A stretch of 64,000 nt of DNA from positions 120,094,001 through 120,158,000 of the forward strand of contig OZ024744.1 of NCBI GenBank assembly GCA_964016885.1. The letters run 5' to 3'. Below the pieces are notes generated by a model. It made no database searches. It worked only from the letters and a program-made list of their open reading frames with translations, and was not told the DNA's origin. Both the position numbers and the translations under genes were made by a program. This DNA is from Eledone cirrhosa. Taxonomy: Eukaryota. Of the stretch, positions 1 to 13,200 are shown in pieces (the first letter of the stretch is position 1; each line of letters starts with the position of its first letter).

Positions 1-2690
1 TCTAACCACATGTCATAGTATCAGAGCTGTGATCTCTCAATTCAGAGGTTATTTCCTGAGACATTCTAACCACATGTCATAGTATCAGAGCTGTGATCTC
101 TTAATTTAGAGATTCTTTCATGAGATATTCTAACCACATGTCATAGTATCAGAGCTGTGATCTCTCAATTCAGAGATTCTTTCCTGAGACATTCTAACCA
201 CATGTCATAGTATCAGAGCTGTGATCTCTCAATTCAGAGATTCTTTCCTGAGACATTCTAACCACATGTCATAGTATCAGAGCTTTGATATCTCAATTCA
301 GAGATTCTTTCCTGAGATATTCTAACCACATGTCATAGTATCAGAGATGTCTTCTCTCAATTCAGAGATTCTTTCCTGAGACATTCTAACCACATGTCAT
401 AATATCAGAGCCGTGATCTCTTAATTTAGAGATTCTTTCATGAGATATTCTAACCACATGTCATAGTATCAGATCTGTGATCTCTCAATTCAGAGATTCT
501 CTCCTGAGACATTCTAACCACATGTCATAGTATTAGAGCTGTGATCTCTCAATTCAGAGATTCTTTCCTGAGACATTCTAACCACATGTCACAGTATCAG
601 AGCTGTGATCTCTCAATTCAGAGATTCTTTCCTCAGACATTCTAACCACATCTCATAGTATCGGAGCTGTGATCTCTTAATTGAGAGATTCTTTCCTGAG
701 ACATTCTAACCACATGTCATAGTATCAGATCTGTGATCTCTCAATTCAGAGATTATTTCCTGAGATATTCTAACCACATATCATAGTATCAGATCTGTCA
801 TCTCTCAATTCAGAGATTCTTTCCTGAGACATTCTAACCACATGTAATAGTATTAGATCTGTGATCTCTCAATTTAGAGATTCTTTCCTGAGACATTCTA
901 ACTCCATGTCCACAGTATCAGAGCTGTGATCTCTCAATTTAGAGATTCTTTCCTGAGATATTCTAACCACATGTCATAGTATTAGAGATGTGATCTCTCA
1001 ATTCAGAGATTCTTTCCTGAGACATTCTAACCACATCTCTGTAGTATCAGAGCTGTATGCTCTCAATTCAGAGATTCTTTCCTGAGACATTCTAACCACA
1101 TGTCATAGTATCAGAGATGTCTTCTCTCAATTCAGAGATTCTTTCCTGAGACATTCTAACCACATGTCATAATATCAGAGCTATGATCTCTCAATTCAGA
1201 GATTCTTTCCTGAGATATTCTAACCTCATGTCTGTAGTATCAGAGCTGTGATCTCTCAATTCAGAGATTCTTTCCTGATACATTCTAACCACATGTCATA
1301 GTATCAGAGCTGTGATCTCTCAATTCAGAGATTCTTTCCTGAGACATTCTAACCACGTCATAGTATCAGAGCTGTGATATCTGAATTCAGAGATTCTTTC
1401 CTGAGACATTCTAATCACATGTCATAGTATCAGAGCTGTGATCTCTCAATTTAGATATTCTTTCCTGAGATATTCTAACCACATATCATAGTATTAGAGC
1501 TGTGATCTCTCAATTCAGAGGTTCTTTCCTGAGACATTCTAACCACATGTCTGTAGTATCAGAGCTGTGATCTCTCAATTAAGAGATTCTTTCCTGGGAC
1601 ATTCTAACCACATGTCATATTATCAGAGCTGTGATCTCTCAATTCAGAGGTTATTTCCTGAGACATTCTAACCACATGTCATAGTATCAGAGCTGTGATC
1701 TCTTAATTTAGAGATTCTTTCATGAGATATTCTAACCACATGTCATAGTATCAGAGCTGTGATCTCTCAATTCAGAGATTCTTTCCTGAGACATTCTAAC
1801 CACATGTTATAGTATCAGAGCTGTGATCTCTCAATTCAGAGATTCTTTCCTGAGACATTCTAACCACATGTCATAGTATCAGAGCTTTGATATCTCAATT
1901 CAGAGATTCTTTCCTGAGATATTCTAACCACATGTCATAGTATCAGAGATGTCTTCTCTCAATTCAGAGATTCTTTCCTGAGACATTCTAACCACATGTC
2001 ATAATATCAGAGCCGTGATCTCTTAATTTAGAGATTCTTTCATGAGATATTCTAACCACATGTCATAGTATCAGATCTGTGATCTCTCAATTCAGAGATT
2101 CTTTCCTGAGACATTCTAACCACATGTCATAGTATTAGAGCTGTGATCTCTCAATTCAGAGATTCTTTCCTGAGACATTCTAACCACATGTCACAGTATC
2201 AGGGCTGTGATCTCTCAATTCAGAGATTCTTTCCTCAGACATTCTAACCACATCTCATAGTATTGGAGCTGTGATCTCTCAATTCAGAGATTCTTTCCTG
2301 AGACATTCTAACCACATGTCATAGTATCAGATCTGTGATCTCTCAATTCAGAGATTATTTCCTGAGATATTCTAACCACATATCATAGTATCAGATCTGT
2401 CATCTCTCAATTCAGAGATTCTTTCCTGAGACATTCTAACCACATGTAATAGTATTAGATCTGTGATCTCTCAATTTAGAGATTCTTTCCTGAGACATTC
2501 TAACTCCATGTCCACAGTATCAGAGCTGTGATCTCTCAATTTAGAGATTCTTTCCTGAGATATTCTAACCACATGTCATAGTATTAGAGATGTGATCTCT
2601 CAATTCAGAGATTCTTTCCTGAGACATTCTAACCACATCTCTGTAGTATCAGAGCTGTATGCTCTCAATTCAGAGATTCTTTCCTGAGAC
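1..2690 (+). repeat. 25-monomer (1602 bp) duplication
   Basis: TTCAGAGGTTATTT at 41/1643, CCGTGATC at 411/2013, CCTCAGAC at 631/2233 and ACTCC at 901/2503; all offsets are 1602. Confidence 0.9.
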
Positions 2691-4269
2691 ATTGTAACCA
2701 CATGTCATAGTATCAGAACTGTGATCTCTCAATTCAGAGATTCTTTCCTGAGACATTCTAACCACATGGCATAGTATCAGAGCTGTGATATCTCAATTCA
2801 GAGATTCTTTCCTGAGACATTCTTACCACATGTCGTAGTATCAGAGCTGTGATCTCTCAATTTAGAGATTCTTTCCTGAGACATTCTAACCACATGTCAT
2901 AGTATCAGAGCTGTGATCTCTCAATTCAGAGATTCTTTCCTGAGACATTCTAACCACATGTCATCGTATCAGAGCTGTGATCTCTCAATTTAGAGATTCT
3001 TTCATGAGATATTCTAACCACATGTCATAATATCAGAGCTATGATCTCTCGATTCAGAGATTCTTTCCTGAGACATTCTAACCACATGTCTGTAGTATCA
3101 GAACTGTGATCTCTCAATTCAGAGATTCTTTCCTGATACATTCTAACCACATGTCATAGTATCAGAGCTGTGATCTCTCAATTCAGAGATTCTTTCCTGA
3201 GACATTCTAACCACGTCATAGTATCAGAGCTGTGATATCTCAATTCAGAGATTCTTTCCTGAGACATTCTAATCACATGTCATAGTATCAGAGCTGTGAT
3301 CTCTCAATTAAGAGATTCTTTCCTGGGACATTCTAACCACATGTCATAGTATCTGGGCTGTGATCTCTCAATTCAGAGATTCTTTCCTGAGACATTCTAA
3401 CCACATGTCATAGTATCAGAGCTGTGATTTCTTAATTTAGAGATGCTTTCATGAGATATTCTAACCACATGTCATAGTATCAGATCTGTGATCTCTCAAT
3501 TCAGAGATTCTTTCCTGAGACATTCTAACCACATGTCATAGTATCAGAGCTATGATCTCTCAATTTAGAGATTCTTTCAAGAGATATTCTAACCACATGT
3601 CATAGTATCAGAGCTGTGATCTCTCAATTCAGAGATTCTTTCCTGAGACATTCTAACCACATGTAATAGTATTAGATCTGTGATCTCTCAATTTAGAGAT
3701 TCTTTCCTGAGACATTCTAACTCCATGTCCACAGTATCAGAGCTGTGGTCTCTCAATTTAGAGATTCTTTCCTGAGATATTCTAACTACATGTCATAGTA
3801 TTAGAGATGTGATCTCTCAATTCAGAGATTCTTTCCTGAGACATTCTAACCACATGTCTGTAGTATCAGGGCTGTATGCTCTCAATTCAGAGATTCTTTC
3901 CTGAGACATTCTAACCACATGTAATAGTATCAGAGCTGTTATCTCTCAATTCAGAGATTCTTTCATGAGATATTCTAACCACAGTTCATAGTATCAGAGC
4001 TGTGATCTCTCAATTCAGAGATCCTTTCCGGGGATATTCTAACCTCATGTCATAGTATCAGAGCTGTGATCTCTCAATTCAGAGATTCTTTCCTGAGACG
4101 TTCAAACCACATGTCATAGTATTAGAGCTGTGATCTCTCAATTCAGAGATTCTTTCCTGAGACATTCTTACCACATGTCGTAGTATCAGAGCTGTGATCT
4201 CTCAATTTAGAGATTCTTTCCTGAGACATTCTAACCACATGTCATAGTATCAGAGCTGTGATCTCTCAA

Positions 4270-7200
4270 TTCAGAGATTCTTTCCTGAGACATTCTAACC
4301 ACATGTCATAGTATCAGAGCTGTGATATCTCAATTGAGAGATTCTTTCCTGAGATATTTTAACCACATATCATAGTATCAGAGCTGTCATCTCTCAATTC
4401 AGAGATTCTTTCCTGAGACATTCTAACACATGTAATAGTATCAGAGCTGTGATCTCTCAATTTAGAGATTCTTTCATGAGATATTCTAACCACATGTCAT
4501 AATATCAGAGCTATGATCTCTCAATTCAGAGATTCTTTCCTGAGACGTTCTAACCTCATGTCTGTAGTATCAGAGCTGTGATCTCTCAATTCAGAGATTC
4601 TTTCCTGATACATTCTAACCACATGTCATAGTATCAGAGCTGTGATGTCTCAATTCAGAGATTCTTTCCTGAGACATTCTAACCACGTCATAGTATCAGA
4701 GCTGTGATATCTCAATTCAGAGATTCTTTCCTGAGACATTCTAATCACATGTCATAGTATCAGAGCTGTGATCTCTCAATTTAGATATTCTTTCCTGAGA
4801 TATTCTAACCACATGTCATAGTATTAGAGCTGTGATCTCTCAATTCAGAGATTCTTTCCTGAGACATTTTAACCACATGTCATAGTATCAGAGCTGTGAT
4901 CTCTTAATTTAGAGATTCTTTCATGAGATATTCTAACCACATGTCATAGTATCAGAGCTGTGATATCTCAATTCAGAGATGCTTTCCTGAGACATTCTAA
5001 CCACATGTCATAGTATCAGAGCTGTGATCTCTCAATTCAGAGATTCTTTCCTGAGACATTCTAACCACATGTCATAGTATCAGAGCTTTGATATCTCAAT
5101 TCAGAGATTCTTTCCTGAGATATTCTAACCACATGTCATAGTATCAGAGATGTCTTCTCTCAATTCAGAGATTCTTTCCTGAGACATTCTAACCACATGT
5201 CATAATATCAGAGCTGTGACCTCTTAATTTAGAGATTCTTTCATGAGATATTCTAACCACATGTCATAGTATCAGAGCTGTGATCTCTCAATTCAGAGAT
5301 TCTTTCCTGAGACATTCTAACCACATGTCATAGTATCAGAGCTGTGATCTCTCAATTCAGAGATTCTTTCCTGAGACATTCTAACCACATGTCACAGTAT
5401 CAGAGCTGTCATCTCTCAATTCAGAGATTCTTTCCTGAGACATTCTAGCCACATGTAATAGTATTAGATCTGTGATCTCTCAATTTAGAGATTCTTTCCT
5501 GAGACATTCTAACTCCATGTCCACAGTATCAGAGCTGTGATCTCTCAATTTAGAGATTCTTTCCTGAGATATTCTAACCACATGTCATAGTATTAGAGAT
5601 GTGATCTCTCAATTCAGAGATTCTTTCCTGAGACATTCTAACCACATGTCTGTAGTATCAGAGCTGTATGCTCTCAATTCAGAGATTCTTTCCTGAGACA
5701 TTCTAACCACATGTCATAGTATCAGAGCTGTGATCTCTCAATTTAGAGATTCTTTCCTGAGACATTCTAACCACATGGCATAGTATCAGAGCTGTGATAT
5801 CTCAATTCAGAGATTCTTTCCTGAGATATTCTACCACATGTCATAGTATCAGAGCTGGGATCTCTAAATTCAGATATTCTTTCCTGAGACATTCTAACCA
5901 CATGTCATAGGATCAGTGTTGTGATCTCTCAATTCAGAGATTCTTTCCTGAGATATTCTAACCACATGTCATAGTATCAGAGCTGTGATCTCTCAATTCA
6001 GAGATTCTTTCCTGAGACATTCTAACCACATGTCTGTAGTATCAGAGCTGTGATCTTTCAATTCAGAGATTCTTTCCTGAGAAATTCTAACCACATGTCA
6101 TAGTATCAGAGCTGTGATCTCTCAATTCAGATATTCTTTCCTGAGACATTCTAACCACATGTCATAGTATCAGAGCTGTGATCTCTCAATTCAGATATTC
6201 TTTCCTGAGACATTAAAGCCACATGTCATAGGATCAGAGTTGTGATCTCTCAATTCAGAGACTCTTTCCTGAGATATTGTAAACGCAAGTCATATTATCA
6301 GAGCTGTGATCTCGCAATTCAGAGATTCTATCCTGAGACATTCTAACCACATGTCATAGTATCAGAACTGTTCTCTCTAAATTTAGAGATTCTTTCATGA
6401 GATATTTTAACCACATGTCATAGTATCAGAGCTGTGATCTCCCAATTCAGACATTCTTTCCTGGGATATTCTAACCACATGTCATAGTATCAGAGCTGTG
6501 ATCTCTCAATTCAGAGATTCTTTCCTGATACATTCTAACCACATGTCATAGTATCAGAGCTGTGATCTCTCAATTCAGAGATTCTTTCCTGAGACATTCT
6601 AACCACGTCATAGTATCAGAGCTGTGATATCTCAATTCAGAGATTCTTTCCTGAGACATTCTAATCACATGTCATAGTATCAGAGCTGTGATCTCTCAAT
6701 TTAGATATTCTTTCCTGAGATATTCTAACCACATGTCATAGTATTAGAGCTGTGATCTCTCAATTCAGAGGTTCTTTCCTGAGACATTCTAACCACATGT
6801 CTGTAGTATCAGAGCTGTGATCTCTCAATTAAGAGATTCTTTCTTGGGACATTCTAACCACATGTCATAGTATCAGGGCTGTGATCTCTCAATTCAGAGA
6901 TTCTTTCCTGAGACATTTTAACCACATGTCATAGTATCAGAGCTTTGATCTCTTAATTTAGAGATTCTTTCATGAGATATTCTAACCACATGTCATAGTA
7001 TCAGAGCTGTGATATCTCAATTCAGAGATGCTTTCCTGAGACATTCTAACCACATGTCATAGTATCAGAGCTGTGATCTCTCAATTCAGAGATTCTTTCC
7101 TGAGACATTCTAACCACATGTCATAGTATCAGAGCTTTGATATATCAATTCAGAGATTCTTTCCTGAGATATTCTAACCACATGTCATAGTATCAGAGAT

Positions 7201-10200
7201 GTCTTCTCTCAATTCAGAGATTCTTTCCTGGGACATTCTAACCACATGTCATAATATCAGAGCTGTGATCTCTTAATTTAGAGATTCTTTCATGAGATAT
7301 TCTAACCACATGTCATAGTATCAGAGCTGTGATCTCTCAATTCAGAGATTCTTTCCTGAGACATTCTAACCACATGTCATAGTATCAGAGCTGTGATCTC
7401 TCAATTCAGAGATTCTTTCCTGAGACATTCTAACCACATGTCACAGTATCAGAGCTGTGATCTCTCAATTCAGAGATTCTTTCCTGAGACATTCTAACCA
7501 CATGTCATAGTATCAGAGCTGTGATATCTCAATTCAGAGATGCTTTCCTGAGACATTCTAACCACATGTCATAGTATCAGAGCTGTGATCTCTCAATTCA
7601 GAGATTCTTTCCTGAGACATTCTAACCACATGTCATAGTATCAGAGCTTTGATATATCAATTCAGAGATTCTTTCCTGAGATATTCTAACCACATGTCAT
7701 AGTATCAGAGATGTCTTCTCTCAATTCAGAGATTCTTTCCTGGGACATTCTAACCACATGTCATAATATCAGAGCTGTGATCTCTTAATTTAGAGATTCT
7801 TTCATGAGATATTCTAACCACATGTCATAGTATCAGAGCTGTGATCTCTCAATTCAGAGATTCTTTCCTGAGACATTCTAACCACATGTCATAGTATCAG
7901 AGCTGTGATCTCTCAATTCAGAGATTCTTTCCTGAGACATTCTAACCACATGTCACAGTATCAGAGCTGTGATCTCTCAATTCAGAGATTCTTTCCTGAG
8001 ACATTCTAACCACATGTCATAGTATCAGAGCTGTGATATCTCAATTGAGAGATTCTTTCCTGAGATATTTTAACCACATATCATAGTATCAGAGGTGTCA
8101 TCTCTCAATTCAGAGATTCTTTCCTGAGACATTCTAACACATGTAATAGTATCAGAGCTGTGATCTCTCAATTTAGAGATTCTTTCATGAGATATTCTAA
8201 CCACATGTCATAATATCAGAGCTATGATCTCTCAATTCAGAGATTCTTTCCTGAGACGTTCTAACCTCATGTCTGTAGTATCAGAGCTGTGATCTCTCAA
8301 TTCAGAGATTCTTTCCTGATACATTCTAACCACATGTCATAGTATCAGAGCTGTGATGTCTCAATTCAGAGATTCTTTCCTGAGACATTCTAACCACGTC
8401 ATAGTATCAGAGCTGTGATATCTCAATTCAGAGATTCTTTCCTGAGACATTCTAATCACATGTCATAGTATCAGAGCTGTGATCTCTCAATTTAGATATT
8501 CTTTCCTGAGATATTCTAACCACATGTCATAGTATTAGAGCTGTGATCTCTCAATTCAGAGATTCTTTCCTGAGACATTTTAACCACATGTCATAGTATC
8601 AGAGCTGTGATCTCTTAATTTAGAGATTCTTTCATGAGATATTCTAACCACATGTCATAGTATCAGAGCTGTGATATCTCAATTCAGAGATGCTTTCCTG
8701 AGACATTCTAACCACATGTCATAGTATCAGAGCTGTGATCTCTCAATTCAGAGATTCTTTCCTGAGACATTCTAACCACATGTCATAGTATCAGAGCTTT
8801 GATATCTCAATTCAGAGATTCTTTCCTGAGATATTCTAACCACATGTCATAGTATCAGAGATGTCTTCTCTCAATTCAGAGATTCTTTCCTGAGACATTC
8901 TAACCACATGTCATAATATCAGAGCTGTGACCTCTTAATTTAGAGATTCTTTCATGAGATATTCTAACCACATGTCATAGTATCAGAGCTGTGATCTCTC
9001 AATTCAGAGATTCTTTCCTGAGACATTCTAACCACATGTCATAGTATCAGAGCTGTGATCTCTCAATTCAGAGATTCTTTCCTGAGACATTCTAACCACA
9101 TGTCACAGTATCAGAGCTGTCATCTCTCAATTCAGAGATTCTTTCCTGAGACATTCTAGCCACATGTAATAGTATTAGATCTGTGATCTCTCAATTTAGA
9201 GATTCTTTCCTGAGACATTCTAACTCCATGTCCACAGTATCAGAGCTGTGATCTCTCAATTTAGAGATTCTTTCCTGAGATATTCTAACCACATGTCATA
9301 GTATTAGAGATGTGATCTCTCAATTCAGAGATTCTTTCCTGAGACATTCTAACCACATGTCTGTAGTATCAGAGCTGTATGCTCTCAATTCAGAGATTCT
9401 TTCCTGAGACATTCTAACCACATGTCATAGTATCAGAGCTGTGATCTCTCAATTTAGAGATTCTTTCCTGAGACATTCTAACCACATGGCATAGAATCAG
9501 AGCTGTGATATCTCAATTCAGAGATTCTTTCCTGAGATATTCTACCACATGTCATAGTATCAGAGCTGGGATCTCTCAATTCAGATATTCTTTCCTGAGA
9601 CATTCTAACCACATGTCATAGGATCAGTGTTGTGATCTCTCAATTCAGAGATTCTTTCCTGAGATATTCTAACCACATGTCATAGTATCAGAGCTGTGAT
9701 CTCTCAATTCAGAGATTCTTTCCTGAGACATTCTAACCACATGTCTGTAGTATCAGAGCTGTGATCTTTCAATTCAGAGATTCTTTCCTGAGAAATTCTA
9801 ACCACATGTCATAGTATCAGAGCTGTGATCTCTCAATTCAGATATTCTTTCCTGAGACATTCTAACCACATGTCATAGTATCAGAGCTGTGATCTCTCAA
9901 TTCAGATATTCTTTCCTGAGACATTAAAGCCACATGTCATAGGATCAGAGTTGTGATCTCTCAATTCAGAGACTCTTTCCTGAGATATTGTAAACGCAAG
10001 TCATATTATCAGAGCTGTGATCTCGCAATTCAGAGATTCTATCCTGAGACATTCTAACCACATGTCATAGTATCAGAACTGTTCTCTCTAAATTTAGAGA
10101 TTCTTTCATGAGATATTTTAACCACATGTCATAGTATCAGAGCTGTGATCTCCCAATTCAGACATTCTTTCCTGGGATATTCTAACCACATGTCATAGTA

Positions 10201-11190
10201 TCAGAGCTGTGATCTCTCAATTCAGAGATTCTTTCCTGATACATTCTAACCACATGTCATAGTATCAGAGCTGTGATCTCTCAATTCAGAGATTCTTTCC
10301 TGAGACATTCTAACCACGTCATAGTATCAGAGCTGTGATATCTCAATTCAGAGATTCTTTCCTGAGACATTCTAATCACATGTCATAGTATCAGAGCTGT
10401 GATCTCTCAATTTAGATATTCTTTCCTGAGATATTCTAACCACATGTCATAGTATTAGAGCTGTGATCTCTCAATTCAGAGGTTCTTTCCTGAGACATTC
10501 TAACCACATGTCTGTAGTATCAGAGCTGTGATCTCTCAATTAAGAGATTCTTTCCTGGGACATTCTAACCACATGTCATAGTATCAGGGCTGTGATCTCT
10601 CAATTCAGAGATTCTTTCCTGAGACATTTTAACCACATGTCATAGTATCAGAGCTTTGATCTCTTAATTTAGAGATTCTTTCATGAGATATTCTAACCAC
10701 ATGTCATAGTATCAGAGCTGTGATATCTCAATTCAGAGATGCTTTCCTGAGACATTCTAACCACATGTCATAGTATCAGAGCTGTGATCTCTCAATTCAG
10801 AGATTCTTTCCTGAGACATTCTAACCACATGTCATAGTATCAGAGCTTTGATATATCAATTCAGAGATTCTTCCCTGAGATATTCTAACCACATGTCATA
10901 GTATCAGAGATGTCTTCTCTCAATTCAGAGATTCTTTCCTGGGACATTCTAACCACATGTCATAATATCAGAGCTGTGATCTCTTAATTTAGAGATTCTT
11001 TCATGAGATATTCTAACCACATGTCATAGTATCAGAGCTGTGATCTCTCAATTCCGAGATTCTTTCCTGAGACATTCTAACCACATGTCATAGTATCAGA
11101 GCTGTGATCTCTCAATTCAGAGATTCTTTCCTGAGACATTCTAACCACATGTCACAGTATCAGAGCTGTGATCTCTCAATTCAGAGATTC
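4270..11190 (+). repeat. 58-monomer (3711 bp offset) near-identical block duplication
   Basis: Rare variants CAATTGAGAG at 4331/8042, GACCTCTT at 5218/8929, CTAGCC at 5445/9156 and ACTCC at 5512/9223; all offsets are 3711. Confidence 0.9.
6980..8010 (+). repeat. 8-monomer (512 bp) tandem duplication
   Basis: GATGCTTT at 7027/7539 and TATATCAAT at 7141/7653; both offsets are 512. Confidence 0.85.
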
Positions 11191-13200
11191 TTTCCTGAGA
11201 CATTCTAACCACATGTCATAGTATCAGATCTGTGATCTCTCAATTCAGAGATTATTTCCTGAGATATTCTAACCACATATCATAGTATCAGAGCTGTGAT
11301 CTCTCAATTCAGAGATTCTTTCCTGAGACATTCTAACCACATGTAATAGTATTAGATCTGTGATCTCTCAATTTAGAGATTCTTTCCTGAGACATTCTAA
11401 CTCCATGTCCACAGTATCAGAGCTGTGATCTCTCAATTTAGAGATTCTTTTCTGAGATATTCTAAACACATGTCATAGTATTAGAGATATGATCTCTCAA
11501 TTCAGAGATTCTTTCCTGAGACATTCTAACCAAATGTCTGTAGTATCAGAGCTGTATGCTCTCAATTCAGAGATTCTTTCCTGAGGCATTCTAACCACAT
11601 GTCATAGTATCAGAGCTGTGATCTCTCAATTCAGAGATTCTTTCCTGAGACATTCTAACCACATGGCATAGTATCAGAGCTGTGATATCTCAATTCAGAG
11701 ATTCTTTCCTGAGATATTCTACCACATGTCATAGTATCAGAGCTGGGATCTCTCAATTCAGATATTCTTTCCTGAGACATTCTAACCACATGTCATAGGA
11801 TCAGTGTTGTGATCTCTCAATTCAGAGATTCTTTCCTGAGATATTCTAACCACATGTCATAGTATCAGAGCTGTGATCTCTCAATTCAGAGATTCTTTCC
11901 TGAGACATTCTAACCACATGTCTGTAGTATCAGAGCTGTGATCTTTCAATTCAGAGATTCTTTCCTGAGAAATTCTAACCACATGTCATAGTATCAGAGC
12001 TGTGATCTCTCAATTCAGATATTCTTTCCTGAGACATTCTAACCACATGTCATAGTATCAGAGCTGTGATCTCTCAATTCAGATATTCTTTCCTGAGACA
12101 TTAAAGCCACATGTCATAGGATCAGAGTTGTGATCTCTCAATTCAGAGACTCTTTCCTGAGATATTGTAAACGCAAGTCATATTATCAGAGCTGTGATCT
12201 CGCAATTCAGAGATTCTATCCTGAGACATTCTAACCACATGTCATAGTATCAGAACTGTTCTCTCTAAATTTAGAGATTCTTTCATGAGATATTTTAACC
12301 ACATGTCATAGTATCAGAGCTGTGATCTCCCAATTCAGACATTCTTTCCTGGGATATTCTAACCACATGTCATAGTATCAGAGCTGTGATCTCTCAATTC
12401 AGAGATTCTTTCCTGATACATTCTAACCACATGTCATAGTATCAGAGCTGTGATCTCTCAATTCAGAGATTCTTTCCTGAGACATTCTAACCACGTCATA
12501 GTATCAGAGCTGTGATATCTCAATTCAGAGATTCTTTCCTGAGACATTCTAATCACATGTCATAGTATCAGAGCTGTGATCTCTCAATTTAGATATTCTT
12601 TCCTGAGATATTCTAACCACATGTCATAGTATTAGAGCTGTGATCTCTCAATTCAGAGGTTCTTTCCTGAGACATTCTAACCACATGTCTGTAGTATCAG
12701 AGCTGTGATCTCTCAATTAAGAGATTCTTTCCTGGGACATTCTAACCACATGTCATAGTATCAGGGCTGTGATCTCTCAATTCAGAGATTCTTTCCTGAG
12801 ACATTTTAACCACATGTCATAGTATCAGAGCTTTGATCTCTTAATTTAGAGATTCTTTCATGAGATATTCTAACCACATGTCATAGTATCAGAGCTGTGA
12901 TATCTCAATTCAGAGATGCTTTCCTGAGACATTCTAACCACATGTCATAGTATCAGAGCTGTGATCTCTCAATTCAGAGATTCTTTCCTGAGACATTCTA
13001 ACCACATGTCATAGTATCAGAGCTTTGATATATCAATTCAGAGATTCTTTCCTGAGATATTCTAACCACATGTCATAGTATCAGAGATGTCTTCTCTCAA
13101 TTCAGAGATTCTTTCCTGGGACATTCTAACCACATGTCATAATATCAGAGCTGTGATCTCTTAATTTAGAGATTCTTTCCTGAGACATTCTAACCACATG
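9160..13200 (+). repeat. Canonical ~34-monomer higher-order repeat (2177 bp period), clearest adjacent copies
   Basis: ACTCCATGTCCAC at 9223 and 11400, and CATTAAAGCC at 9922 and 12099; both offsets are 2177 = 34x64+1. The same ordered series of variant monomers recurs through most of the window. Confidence 0.88.
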
